A DNA stretch of 64,000 nucleotides from Promethearchaeota archaeon. GTDB lineage: Archaea; Asgardarchaeota; Lokiarchaeia; Sigyniarchaeales; SOKP01. A program made the position numbers and the translations under genes. Each line of letters opens with the position of its first letter. Position 1 is the first letter of the stretch. This document shows, piece by piece, positions 29,950 through 41,005 of the stretch. The notes under the pieces were generated by a model, which searched no databases, was not told the origin of the DNA, and was given only the letters and a program-made list of their open reading frames with translations. The DNA lies in NCBI GenBank assembly GCA_019057795.1, contig JAHLWS010000082.1:64001-128000 (forward strand). Direction: 5' to 3'.

Positions 29950-31981
29950 CTTGAGTTTATAAGTTATCATTCATTCAAAACTTTTTCGCTCTCTAACTTT
30001 AAAAGATGACGTTCTCTTAGGGTGCTATAAAAAAGTTAGTGACCATAAAAAATTTAGATTAAAGGAATTCATCAAGTTTTAAAAATTTAGACAAATTCAG
30101 AGCTTCTTTTGAGATTTCAACCATTTTTTTAATACTTTTTGTAGTACCCTCATATTTTATTATAGCTAATTCGATTTCTGAGAGAGTCTCTACAATCTTA
30201 GGAAGGCTCATTTCTTTATATTTACGCCGAACTTCTCGTGTTAAGAGAGTTAAGAGCAAAAGACCGAGAACACAAGTGAAGGAATGACCCCGAATGCTAT
30301 CGTCCGTGTGACAGTATAGGGGTCTAATCGAGAGCATTGTAGGTGCTTTAATATAGGAAAATGCGCGCTCCACCGTGTATTGTTGCCTGTATAACCATGC
30401 TACTTCAAGAGGCTTCATGGTCGGATGGTTAGTAAGAATAAAAGTCTTACCAAGCGTATCTAAATGAGCACCCAATGCATCTTTATCGATTTCAACGGAA
30501 TATTTAACTTTTGCGTATTCCCCTGAAACCGAATACGTAATCCAATTGAAATATGCCTTAGTTTTTATGATGTCACGAATTTTTTTCTCGACATTTTTAG
30601 GCTTCCTCCATTTATTTACGTTTAACCTGTCCTTAAACCATTCATTCACGTCTACCAGTCGTTTTTCAAGCTTTTTCTTAAGATTGTTTTCCTGCCACTC
30701 TCTCTGATTCGGATTGTATACCGCAAAAAGTCTATGATTTTCCCCGTATTTTTTATGTTCAAATTCAAGCGCACCGACCTTCTTTCCGTTAGGGAGCGTT
30801 TCAAGGGTAAACTTACCTGCCGGCAACTTGAGAAGGTTTTTTTGCGTACTGGGACGGATTGAACAAATAAAACGAATGCCCGAATCATTAATCTGTTCAA
30901 ATGCTTTTGGAGAGATATTTCCCTTGTCAAATACCAAACATAATTCTTCGTTCTTTACACCAATATCCTTTAGTCGTTTAAAGATACGCTTTAGTTCGTC
31001 CCGAAAAAGCGGAGCGTCCTGAACGTTTCCGGGATATACCTCATGCATTATGGGAAGTCCGCCATCTTGAGTACAGAAAAGGGTTAACCCAACAAGGTTA
31101 AGTGTAAATCGCCCATCCTTAGAGCGTCCGTGGTTAGGAAGCTCCATATCGAGTTTGGGATTGATGTAAGTGAAAAAATTGGTAGGATCGTAGAATAAAG
31201 ACTTCATTTCCACACCGAATTTCGTTATGAGTTTTTCGTGAATGCGGGTTTCTATCTTATCAATAACTTCCGGAGTTAAATATTTGAAATGGTTAGTGTA
31301 CGCCATTGAATCCAAATACGTTTCAATCGGGGGAAATTCATCAAAAAGTGCGGTATGTTCAAACCACCTGCGGATTTTTGCCTTAGAAGTAGGCTTCACG
31401 CAGCGGTTTAGCGCCGCCAATACGATATAATGTCCTAATGATAATCCTTGAGCTCGTTTATTCGAGCAATCGTTGATTATTTCGATGAGATCGAGTTTTT
31501 TTATGAGTTTCATTAGAGCAAGTGGGAGCCCAAAGTCGAGAGTTGTAATAGTATATTCGGGTCTTGTCAAGGGTTTAAAGAATTCTTTTATCTTGTCTTC
31601 AGGACCAAGATATTTTTGCCATAGCCTTTTAGATTTTCCGTTGATCCAGGCTCTTTCCTCAAGATAAAGGTATGTATTACCTTTCACAATCTTTTTTACT
31701 AAAAACACCATCTATATAATATTGGGGCACAGAAATATTTAAATATAGCGGTAAAATATTTTTATATCTTAAAATTATCTTATATCAATAAACGCTGGTT
31801 GGTGACCATGATAACAAAATAAACCATATCGTCATTTAACATATGAATAAGGTGAAATTTTAATTTGGGTGGTATGCAGATCTTAAAAAAGTATTCCCGA
31901 AAAATAAAAAGATTTGTCGGTAATAAATATTGAATAAATTTAAGAAAAAATTTTAAAAAAAGAATAACTTATAAACTCAAG
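29950..31981 (-). mobile_element. IS1634-family insertion sequence, 2032 bp
   Basis: 18 bp TIRs CTTGAGTTTATAAGTTAT (29950-29967) / ATAACTTATAAACTCAAG (31964-31981); 5 bp target duplication AATTT at 29945-29949 and 31982-31986. Confidence 0.93.
30059..31711 (-). CDS. IS1634-family transposase
   Basis: YDPTN, GRSKD, YPGNVQD, VFDKG, YRQQYTVERAF..IK, IRPLY. Confidence 0.92.
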   Translation of the reverse strand: MVFLVKKIVKGNTYLYLEERAWINGKSKRLWQKYLGPEDKIKEFFKPLTRPEYTITTLDFGLPLALMKLIKKLDLIEIINDCSNKRAQGLSLGHYIVLAALNRCVKPTSKAKIRRWFEHTALFDEFPPIETYLDSMAYTNHFKYLTPEVIDKIETRIHEKLITKFGVEMKSLFYDPTNFFTYINPKLDMELPNHGRSKDGRFTLNLVGLTLFCTQDGGLPIMHEVYPGNVQDAPLFRDELKRIFKRLKDIGVKNEELCLVFDKGNISPKAFEQINDSGIRFICSIRPSTQKNLLKLPAGKFTLETLPNGKKVGALEFEHKKYGENHRLFAVYNPNQREWQENNLKKKLEKRLVDVNEWFKDRLNVNKWRKPKNVEKKIRDIIKTKAYFNWITYSVSGEYAKVKYSVEIDKDALGAHLDTLGKTFILTNHPTMKPLEVAWLYRQQYTVERAFSYIKAPTMLSIRPLYCHTDDSIRGHSFTCVLGLLLLTLLTREVRRKYKEMSLPKIVETLSEIELAIIKYEGTTKSIKKMVEISKEALNLSKFLKLDEFL

Positions 31982-32029
31982 AATTTATATTTTATTAAAA
32001 TAAATAGAATTTTTCAGGAATGATACAAA

Positions 32030-33999
32030 TTAAATTGATTTGTGCCAAATTTGCATTTTATCTGCCCCCCTATTACTCCACGCAAAATAGGGTATTGCTA
32101 TGAATATCTCGTTGTTTGAATTTTTTCCTGTAATGATATTAATTCCTCCTAACAGTTCTGGTTTAAATTTAACAATAAATTCTTGATTTCTTGGGATAAT
32201 AGTCTTAAAAATATCGAACTTTTTATTATCTTTCTGTTCTAGACAATAGATTAAAGGGCCGTAAGAAATTGCCGCTCGACCTCTATTATCCTTGATTCTT
32301 GGGTCACTTTCAATTAAATTTGGTTTCATTTTAAAAGTAAGCAGGATAATATCGTTATCTAACCAATTTCTTAATATTTCCACATATTTTCCTTTAGAGA
32401 GCCCATTAGAATGTTTTATACCATTAACTTTTAGCTCAGCGTCGATGCTCCAATTTGGAATTCTAAGGAATATCGAAAATTTTTGACTTTTGCTTAAATT
32501 AAGGTGAATCTCTACCTTCCCTTTCCACGGAAAATGACTTATTTGGTTTATTTTAATTAAATTTGAGCAGAAATTAATATTCATCGCATTGCCAATGTAT
32601 TGATGAACCCAAATGCCTTTTTCTGATGTACTATAAATACATTGCCCTAAAGATGAAATTGTACGAGCAACATTAGGGGGGCAGCACGCACAAAGAAACC
32701 ATTCTTTCCTTTCATCTTTACCATGCGAAATTAAAGGGTTGTCGTATGTGTATTTTTTACCATCTATAGATTGCCCCACTAACATCGCGTTGTATAACAA
32801 TTTCTCGATTAAATCTGCATACTTACAATTACCCGTTATTTGAAGCATCCTCCAGTTCCACATCATGTTTCCAATAGCTGCGCATGTTTCAGAATAGGAA
32901 TCTCTATTTCCTAAGGCAAAATCTTTTCTAAAACCTTCGGTACTTCTTTCTGAACCAATTCCTCCCGTAATATACATTCTTGCCTTATACATTTTTAACC
33001 AAATTCTTCTGAGAGATTTCAGTAAAGCGTCTTCACCCGTCTCAGAATAGAGGTCTGCCATACCACAATAAAGATACATCGCTCTTACGGCATGTCCAAC
33101 AGGTTCAAATATGCTCCTCACTGGTTTGTTGGATTGAATGAAATTACCGTTAAAATTTTCGCGAATAATTCTTATAAAATGCTTTATGGTAAGTCCTGAT
33201 ACAAATTCGGCAACTTCACTCTTTTGTATACTCGAAATATCTTTTCCTTTAACTTCTTTTTCGTGCTCTAGATTTTTTTTCTTAGCTAATTTTATAATAT
33301 ATCCCATATTTAGATATTGGTTTAGAATGTATATTTTAAAATTGGAGATTTTACCTCTTCGATTAATGAATTCTTCAGCGAGTTCCAAGTAACTAGATTT
33401 ATTTGTTAATCTGTATAGTTCAATTAGAGCTAATTCGATTTCTTCGTGTCCTGGAACCCCCTTCCTTTTTCCTCCTAAAAATGTTTTTACGAGCAAATCA
33501 GCAAATTTAATGCTACATTTAATAGCGATTCTTTTCCTGTTGCAATGTTATGGGCTACCGCAGCTTGAATTAAATGACCCGCACAATAAAGTTCGTGCAT
33601 AATATAAAGATTTGTGAACCTCTCTTGAAGAAATCTCGTCGAATAGAAAGTGTTTATGTACCCGTCTTCAATTTGACTTTTGTTTATTAGATCAACGATT
33701 TCACTCGCCTTTAATTCCAAGTCGGGATCGCTGTGTGTGTGTAAAATATAACTCGTTGCCTCCAACCATTTATATAAATCTGAATCATAGTAAAACTCAC
33801 CTATTTGAATTCCTTTTTTAACACCTCCAGCAACTCTAAAATTGTCAATGTGGTGATCTTGCTCTAGTTTTTCATGTTGTAAGTGAATTGACACATCTCT
33901 ATTGATCTTTTGCCTTTTTGACCAAAAATTATCGTTAATTTGAACTTTATAGAATGGAACGTAAGAAAGTTTGTTATAGGGGCGTTTTATTAAGTCCAT
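32030..33999 (-). pseudogene. GH127 beta-L-arabinofuranosidase-like gene split by a 1-nt frameshift near 33505
   Basis: ORF 33487-33999 (DSDLYKWLEA, HELYCAGHL) and ORF 32030-33496 (GHEEIE, GHAVRA, YSETCA, CCPPN) join as VALKFADLLVKTF if one base is restored. Confidence 0.88.
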
Positions 34000-34029
34000 A
34001 AGTCTAAAAATTAAACATTAATAATTTAA

Positions 34030-35462
34030 TTATTTATTATTCTTTGAACTAGATAACTTTTCTTTTAAACGATCAATTTTCTCTATATGTAAAATACTTA
34101 CTTGTCGTTTCATCTCTTTATATTCCTTACTAGCACCATCAAGCGGATAATACCATAACGAAATTAATCCAACTACAATAAAAATAGCCGGAATTAGCCC
34201 ATCAATAGTTTTATTCCAATAACAGCGCTTGTTGGCTGAGTTTCACCTACTCCTAAATTTTGATTAAAATTAGTAAAAGCGAATATAAATCCTGAAATCA
34301 TCGCGGAAACTGATTGGGCTGGTTTTGTAACAAGCGCATTAATCCCAAAAAACGCGCCTTCTCTTCTCTGTCCCGCGTCTAATTCGTCTTTATCAATGAT
34401 ATCTGCCAATAATGTGTAAACCAACAAAGTTTGACCTGAATAGCCAAATCCAATTATCATAAAAGAAATATTAGCGAAAAGTGCGTCGTTCGAAAAGGTT
34501 ACTAGTATAAAACCAAAAACTACTATTATCGAAAGAATAAATAGCGCTCTTTTATTTCCTTTCTTTTTATTTAGATATAAACCTACGGGATATCCAAAAA
34601 TAGAAAATATAATAAACATTAGTAAAGGGGTCGAACCAAGTATGTTGTCGCTTGACACCCCCAACACGTCAGCCATATAGAACGGTAAATTCGATTGAAT
34701 CGCAAATACTACATAAGTCATCATGAAATTAAATATCACAAAAGTTAAAAATGCCTTATTTTTGAGCGTCGTTTTAGTACAATACCACATATTTAGTTTC
34801 TCTGATTTTTCTGGCAAAAATTCAGGACGTTCTTTAATACCAAATGCTGGAAATGCTAAAAATATCGCCCCAAATATGGCAAGAATCAATACAATATAAT
34901 AGAACGCTGATAAATTTTGAGAAAAAGGAACGGCATCTAAATCAATAAATAATATAGGAAGAAGGTATGTAATGGAAATCCCAAAACCAGAACCTACGCC
35001 CGCAAATAAACTCAATTTAGCGCGCTCGTCTGGATCGATAGTTAACTCTGCCATAAGCGAATTAAAGTTCAAACCAATTATCGTGAAAAAACTATCGTAA
35101 ATAATTAAAGTCGTTAGTAACCAGACGAAATAAACCCATTGTTCGCTAATCGTGGGAGTAGCATATAGTAAAATGAAGCTTAACGATAACAACGGACCGC
35201 CAACCATTAAATACGGGACTCTCCTTCCATATTTAGTGTGGGTTCTATCAGACAACAATCCAAAAAGGGGGTCGTTGACGGCGTTCCATATCAAATAGAC
35301 AAGCCAAGACAAACCCCATAACAAAGGGTTTAAACCGATCATTTTGATGTAAAATATTAGCGTCCACGCCCCAAATAGCCCCGTTGTTAAATTAATCCCG
35401 AACGACCCTAGACCGTAAAAAGTTCTTGTTTTCAGAGAGAGTTTTTTGTATTCGAATCCCAT
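34030..35462 (-). pseudogene. GPH-family MFS sugar transporter with a 1-nt frameshift at ~34198-34200
   Basis: WNAVNDP.FG.LSDRT..KYGRR.PY, RREG.FFG; restoring one G continues LIPAIFIVVGLISLWYYPLDG... to a stop at 34030. Confidence 0.85.
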
Positions 35463-36165
35463 TTCTCAAACAACTCTATTTTAAAAATATACTATATAGA
35501 ATTATAAACCGAAATTAAAATATATTCTATTTCTAATGAAAAAAAGTTACAATAGTACTGGTAGCAAAATAATGAAAATTAAGAATAAACTTGTACAAAC
35601 AATTTAATATCTAACGAACTCCATCTCGTCATTGGTATCAGGATCTACTGTCGCCATGATAATCTTTTAATGATTCCAAATTACCTTTTAGATAATTGTT
35701 TAAATTATAATATTTATATTTTCTCCTAAAAATTCAACCTATTTCAAGTATCAGAGTTTTAATGGCAATAACATTTTTTTTCAAATTTATAGCCATTTAA
35801 AATGCCAGTAAACATTCATCTCATGAATATTTAAATCTTATTGCCCAAAATCTTTTAGCTACTAAACAATTTATTGTTTCAGCGTTATAAAACTTAATCA
35901 AACAATATTAGAGTTGACTCCCCAACTAAGTAAACCTCATCATTCGAACTCAATTTTTGATCATATCTTATGATCCGATTTTGCTATTAATTTTTTTTTT
36001 TCTTATCAACAATAATTCTTTTTGTCGACCAAAATTGGATGATAAAATCACTCGGATAAACTACGATCAACCAACACATTTAAATATAAGTAATCCTAAA
36101 TTAAATATAATTACCATCGTAATTATAAAAAAAATATTTAAAAAATTAGTGGAGGAATAAAAATT

Positions 36166-36372
36166 ATGGCAGCATTCGCATGGAGTCCTTTAAGGGCTTT
36201 AATGAAAAAGGCCGGAGCTGAAATCGTAAGTAGAGCCGCAGTTGATAAATTAATGGATTATTTAGAAGAATACGCTAAAGAATTAACTGGTTGTGCTTTA
36301 AGTATTGCTAAACACTCTGGTCGAAAGAAAGTAACTCAAGGCGACATGAAAATCGCAATTAACTTAATTTAA
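36166..36372 (+). CDS. Archaeal histone (HMf-like fold)
   Basis: 68 aa; LMKKAGAEIVS, AKHSGRKKV..GD; SD-like GGAGG upstream, T-tract downstream. Confidence 0.95.
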   Translation: MAAFAWSPLRALMKKAGAEIVSRAAVDKLMDYLEEYAKELTGCALSIAKHSGRKKVTQGDMKIAINLI

Positions 36373-36450
36373 AGCGATTTCTTGAAAGCTTAATATTTTC
36401 AAATTTCTTTTTTCTTTTTTTTTAATCGTCAACAATACATATTTAATTCG

Positions 36451-36912
36451 TTATATTATTACTTCCTTTTTTTCCGGTCTTTTTTCTGCGTAAAAGAATC
36501 TTCCCGATCCCATGACATCAACGTGTCTAAAGTAAATTTCGTTAAATTCAATTTTTTGAGATTTGATTCCTTCTTGTTCCTTAACTTTTTCAAAATCTTC
36601 TCTGGAATGAGAATTAACGATTTTTTCTACCATTTTGCCTAATTCGGAAGCTAATAGTTCTTCTTCAGATGGGTAAAATTGGCTGAAATCTGCTCCAATT
36701 GCGATATTACCTTTCCGATATCCACCAGGGTTTTTAATAGCTTTCTTAATGTATTTTTTAAAGTATTTTACAATCCTTTTCAAATTTCCAGAGCTCAACT
36801 CTCCAACTTCTGCAAGAATGTCATAGACTTTGCTTGCCCCCCTCAAATAATCTTCAATTGTATCGGGAGTTATTTTTGGTTCGTAATCTGGAAATAAATT
36901 TTTTTCGCTCAT
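36451..36912 (-). CDS. Hypothetical protein
   Basis: 153 aa ORF with plausible composition; family not recognised. Confidence 0.65.
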   Translation of the reverse strand: MSEKNLFPDYEPKITPDTIEDYLRGASKVYDILAEVGELSSGNLKRIVKYFKKYIKKAIKNPGGYRKGNIAIGADFSQFYPSEEELLASELGKMVEKIVNSHSREDFEKVKEQEGIKSQKIEFNEIYFRHVDVMGSGRFFYAEKRPEKKEVII

Positions 36913-37043
36913 ATTTGATTATATTTAAAATCTAAAATAAATTTTTTTCAATTTGCGATATAAAGATTTAAAACCGATTATAATGTTTATTTCTAGAATG
37001 CATTAATTTTTATTACACTTTATTTAGCGGTTGAAGCTTAAAG

Positions 37044-37619
37044 ATGTTAGAACAAGAAGTCCAACCTTATTATATATTTAAGATATGTCTGCTGGGTCAA
37101 GGTGGTGTGGGAAAGACGTGTATATCAAGAAGACTATGCTTTGATGCATTCGACGCAAACACAAGACTCACTATAGGAATTGATTTTTACACTTATGACA
37201 TCCCTCTTGTTGTAGATGGCGATAAAACATATATTCGATTGAGTATATGGGATTTTGGCGGTCAAGAACAGTTTAAAAAAATGTTTAGTTATTATATCAA
37301 TGGAGCAAACGGTATTTTTATGGTATTTAGCCTATTCAACCTTAATAACACTCTACTTGGCTTAGATTGGTGGTACGAGCATCTTATTAAGCAAAAACAA
37401 AAAAATACTCCGAAATTATTAATTGGTTGTAAAAGTGATTTAGCTGGTAGCCTTGGAAAAATAGATGAGTTAGTAATAGAGAATTTTAGGAAGAAACACA
37501 AAAAAGTACTGTTTATTAAGACTTCTGCGAAAGACAATGTTAACATTAAAGAAATGTTTGTAGAGATGATAAAACTAATCATGGATACTAATAATTTTAA
37601 ATACGATAAAATTCTCTAA
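37044..37619 (+). CDS. Rab-like small GTPase
   Basis: GQGGVGKT, TIGIDF, WDFGGQEQF, GCKSDL, TSAK. Confidence 0.93.
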   Translation: MLEQEVQPYYIFKICLLGQGGVGKTCISRRLCFDAFDANTRLTIGIDFYTYDIPLVVDGDKTYIRLSIWDFGGQEQFKKMFSYYINGANGIFMVFSLFNLNNTLLGLDWWYEHLIKQKQKNTPKLLIGCKSDLAGSLGKIDELVIENFRKKHKKVLFIKTSAKDNVNIKEMFVEMIKLIMDTNNFKYDKIL

Positions 37620-37691
37620 AGATACTTTCAAAACAATTTTGAGATTTTTTAGAATTTAGATTTAAACTTTTAATTTGATAGTTTATCTTAA

Positions 37692-38681
37692 CTAAAATAA
37701 TATTAAGATTATACCAATAATCGTCAATATTATTCCTAAAAAGCTTTGTATTGATAATTTCTCCTTATTCACCCAGTAAGTTAGAGGAAGCGAAAATAAT
37801 GGGCTTGTGCTAGCTAATAAAGCCATAACAATGGCACCAGCAGTTCGAGTAGCTTCAGTATATAAATAAGCTCCTAAAGAGGTGCCAATAATTGACGCTA
37901 AAAGCAAAATTAACCATGTCTGAGAGGGTTTTTTTAGAGAAGATAAAGTTTGATTACGATCGGTAGCATTATTTTCTCTCCATACCATTAATATTAAAAT
38001 CGCTAAAGCAAATGGAAAACGAATTACATTACTAATGATTGAAGTAACACCTTCAGCATTTAAAATTAGGTCAATCTGGTTTGTTGCATAGTCAAGAATA
38101 ACTATACCAATAGCCCATCCGAGGGATGCGGCTAAGCTATAGCCAATAGCTTTAATAGAGGTATGCGCTATTATCTCATGTAATTTATTTTTCCATAGGA
38201 AATTTTCTGAATTTGTTTTTAATGAATTATTACTTTCAGCTTTGATTTTATATTTTCCAATAATTATTATCCCCAGTCCAATGAAAATTAGCGACAGAAT
38301 CATCTTTATTTCAAAAGGGCGATTCAGAAAAATTAATGATAGAATAAAAGTAAAAAGAGGAAAAGTCATAGAAACTGCTAAAGCAATTGTCGTACCAAGC
38401 TCTTTTTGTGCTTTAAAATAAGCAGTATCACCGATTACCTGGCCAAAAAGAAAACTAACGAATAAAATTACCCACAATTCCCATGGGAGTAAAAAAAGAT
38501 AAGGAAGGATTCCTAAGACAACGGCAACAAGGAAAAATGTTATAGTGCCGAGAGCAGTACGAAAGAAATTAATAAATGTAGGGCTCGCATAACGCTCTGT
38601 CTTTCGATAGAGCACATTTGATCCTACAAAAGTTAGGACTGCCAAAATTGCTAGTAATTCTCCAACCATAAAACTGCACAT
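37692..38681 (-). CDS. DMT/EamA-family transporter
   Basis: Two 5-TM repeats; GDTAYF, PLF...EK motifs. Confidence 0.88.
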   Translation of the reverse strand: MCSFMVGELLAILAVLTFVGSNVLYRKTERYASPTFINFFRTALGTITFFLVAVVLGILPYLFLLPWELWVILFVSFLFGQVIGDTAYFKAQKELGTTIALAVSMTFPLFTFILSLIFLNRPFEIKMILSLIFIGLGIIIIGKYKIKAESNNSLKTNSENFLWKNKLHEIIAHTSIKAIGYSLAASLGWAIGIVILDYATNQIDLILNAEGVTSIISNVIRFPFALAILILMVWRENNATDRNQTLSSLKKPSQTWLILLLASIIGTSLGAYLYTEATRTAGAIVMALLASTSPLFSLPLTYWVNKEKLSIQSFLGIILTIIGIILILF

Positions 38682-38754
38682 TCTCTAAATTTTTTTTCAA
38701 AAAACTAAAATAAACCTTTTTGAGCAATATTATAAGATTTATTTCCCTTGAACA

Positions 38755-40224
38755 TTAATTAATTTTACCACACAACTGTTCTCTCTTCTGACCATATTTA
38801 TATAAATTTAGGAAAGATTTTGCAGCACTTTCTATTGAGGGATACACTAAAAATCCATCTTCGACTAGCTTATCGTGGAATATTGCTCGAGATTCGCTTG
38901 GGTATTGATGAAGAATAATGATAAAAACTTTTTCTAAGGATTCAGCATACTTTTTTATACCATGTAAATTGTTGTAATAACCCTTAAACCTAGCATCGTT
39001 TAAATCTCTCCAAGCGTCGGTTTCTACTATAATTAGATCGATATCATCATCTATCGCTACTTTGCACACCTCTAGAAATACTTTATCCGCAGTAACCCAT
39101 GGCATATCAAAAGGGTTAGATAAACTACCGATCTTGATAGGGTAAATTTTTTTCAGTTTTTCTAACTTTTCCCCTTCGAACAATGGTAATTCTAAGCCTA
39201 ATTCTGTTAAAGTATCGGTTGCCAATATTCCAAATCCTCCGGACCATAGAACAACTAAAGCGCGTTTACCTGATGGATAGATAACTTTTTTACTTAATTT
39301 TTTAAACTTTTTTATATAATTTGAAAAAAGGTAAGCGTAATCAATCAGCTCATCTAACGACGGTGGTATTTCGATAATCGTTGTTTGGTTAAAAATCGCA
39401 TCCCAAATCTTGCGTTTAGACGCCATTGAGCCGGTATGAGTTAAAACTGCTGTCTGGCCTCGTTCAGTTCTGCCCCCTCGCATAAAAAGTATTGGTTTTT
39501 TTGTATCTTTAAACGCTTTTAGTAACCTTTTCCCTTCATTTTCGTGCAAAGTGGATAAACCTTCGAAGTAAACACAAACCAAATCAGTCTCGTCGTCGTC
39601 GTTGAAATATTGTAGAAGTTCAGAAACTTGTATGTCAATGCAATTACCTATGCTTACTCCTTTTGAAAATCTTAAGTTGTACCTTCGAGAACTAAATTTA
39701 ACCATTTTGGAATGCAAATCTCCCGATTGGAAAATTAAGCTAATATTCCCGATTTCAACTGGAAAGGAGGAGTAATACGCTATTTTTCCGCGTGGGCAAT
39801 ATAACCCCATACAATTTGGTCCTATGCTTCTGGTTCCTGGATAACTCATTATAATTTCTTTTAAATCCCGTTCAATTTTAAGTCCTACTTCGTCAGATTC
39901 TCCAGTTCCAGCAGTAAAAATATGAATATAATTTATTTTCTTTTTAGATAATATATCTTTTAAATTTTGAACTACAAGCTCTCTTCTAATGGATAAAATC
40001 AGTAAGTCTATCGTATCGGCTGGAACATCGTCAATAGATTTATAACATTTTATTCCTAAAAGTTCATCTTCTTTGGGTGAAACTAAGTAAAGTTTTTCTA
40101 AATCAAATCCTTGTCTAATAAAGCCTTCAATAAAAAAAGCAATTTTTGGTTTCGCTTCAAAAATTAATACATTTCTTGGTTTAAATAATAGTTCTAAAGA
40201 ATTTGTATTACTTTTTATTTCCAA
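38755..40224 (-). CDS. Acyl-CoA synthetase (NDP-forming) alpha-like CoA-binding protein
   Basis: IGPNCMG, QSG, SIGN, THTGSMA (phospho-His), SGG.G, NPFD. Confidence 0.88.
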   Translation of the reverse strand: MEIKSNTNSLELLFKPRNVLIFEAKPKIAFFIEGFIRQGFDLEKLYLVSPKEDELLGIKCYKSIDDVPADTIDLLILSIRRELVVQNLKDILSKKKINYIHIFTAGTGESDEVGLKIERDLKEIIMSYPGTRSIGPNCMGLYCPRGKIAYYSSFPVEIGNISLIFQSGDLHSKMVKFSSRRYNLRFSKGVSIGNCIDIQVSELLQYFNDDDETDLVCVYFEGLSTLHENEGKRLLKAFKDTKKPILFMRGGRTERGQTAVLTHTGSMASKRKIWDAIFNQTTIIEIPPSLDELIDYAYLFSNYIKKFKKLSKKVIYPSGKRALVVLWSGGFGILATDTLTELGLELPLFEGEKLEKLKKIYPIKIGSLSNPFDMPWVTADKVFLEVCKVAIDDDIDLIIVETDAWRDLNDARFKGYYNNLHGIKKYAESLEKVFIIILHQYPSESRAIFHDKLVEDGFLVYPSIESAAKSFLNLYKYGQKREQLCGKIN

Positions 40225-40819
40225 TGTGTTCCCCTAACTCGTTTGTTAAAAGATTATTACAATTATAGCAGTATTTGGGAACTGAATTAAATACTGTTCC
40301 ACAATTCTGACAAGTTATTTTACTTTGAAGTTCAATAAGCTTTAAGTTTTCTTTTTTTGTTTCTTTACTAAAATGTTTAATGAATTTTAAGATTAACGAT
40401 AACCCTATCGAAATAATTACGATCGTAATACCCAAAATGATTGTTTTTATAATAAGTGAAGGAAAAAGAGCATTAAAATATGTTTCTGAGTACCGGTAAT
40501 AAAAAACATAAAAGAAGAAGTTAGGAAAAAAGAATGCGAGCAAATTCATAGAATAAGCTTTCTTGAAATCGTTAAAAATAAAAATTGGTATTAGTGATAC
40601 TAAAATCCAAGTAAAGTATATGTACATAAAACTAAAGTTATTGTTATACATAATATAATTAGAAAGAAGTTGGATTATCAACTTTCTTTCCATTGAAATT
40701 GAGCTAGTAAACTCGATTTGAGAGTTATATTGAAATATAGACATTAATAAACTTAAAATTAAGATTTGAATAATGAAAAGCACTAATTTACTTTTAAAAT
40801 AATTCTTTATCTTCATCAC
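40208..40819 (-). CDS. Membrane protein with C-terminal zinc ribbon
   Basis: Four TM segments followed by CQNCG...PKYCYNC. Confidence 0.75.
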   Translation of the reverse strand: MMKIKNYFKSKLVLFIIQILILSLLMSIFQYNSQIEFTSSISMERKLIIQLLSNYIMYNNNFSFMYIYFTWILVSLIPIFIFNDFKKAYSMNLLAFFFPNFFFYVFYYRYSETYFNALFPSLIIKTIILGITIVIISIGLSLILKFIKHFSKETKKENLKLIELQSKITCQNCGTVFNSVPKYCYNCNNLLTNELGEHIGNKK

Positions 40820-41005
40820 TAATTAATTAAAAATATCCATAAATTAAACTCTTTGATATAGATTAATAAAAGAAAAGATAAAAAAATGCCTAATCCGAAA
40901 AATTTTTAATATTTGCTTGCTTAAATTCCTTATAGTGCAGAACTTGTTAACTTATTCTTTATTGTATTATATTGTTAATCTAAATTCTAATGGTGATTTG
41001 GGTTT

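Noticed and set aside
33487-34200. Programmed ribosomal frameshifting in the GH127 and MFS genes
   Set aside because: No convincing slippery heptamer with downstream structure; single-base loss in short homopolymers is the simpler explanation
35580-35960. Possible ncRNA or gene remnant in the long intergenic region before the histone
   Set aside because: No stable stem, repeat or translatable homology that I could support by eye
35957-36160. 67 aa ORF upstream of the histone
   Set aside because: TTG start, low-complexity composition, and it overlaps the histone promoter/SD region
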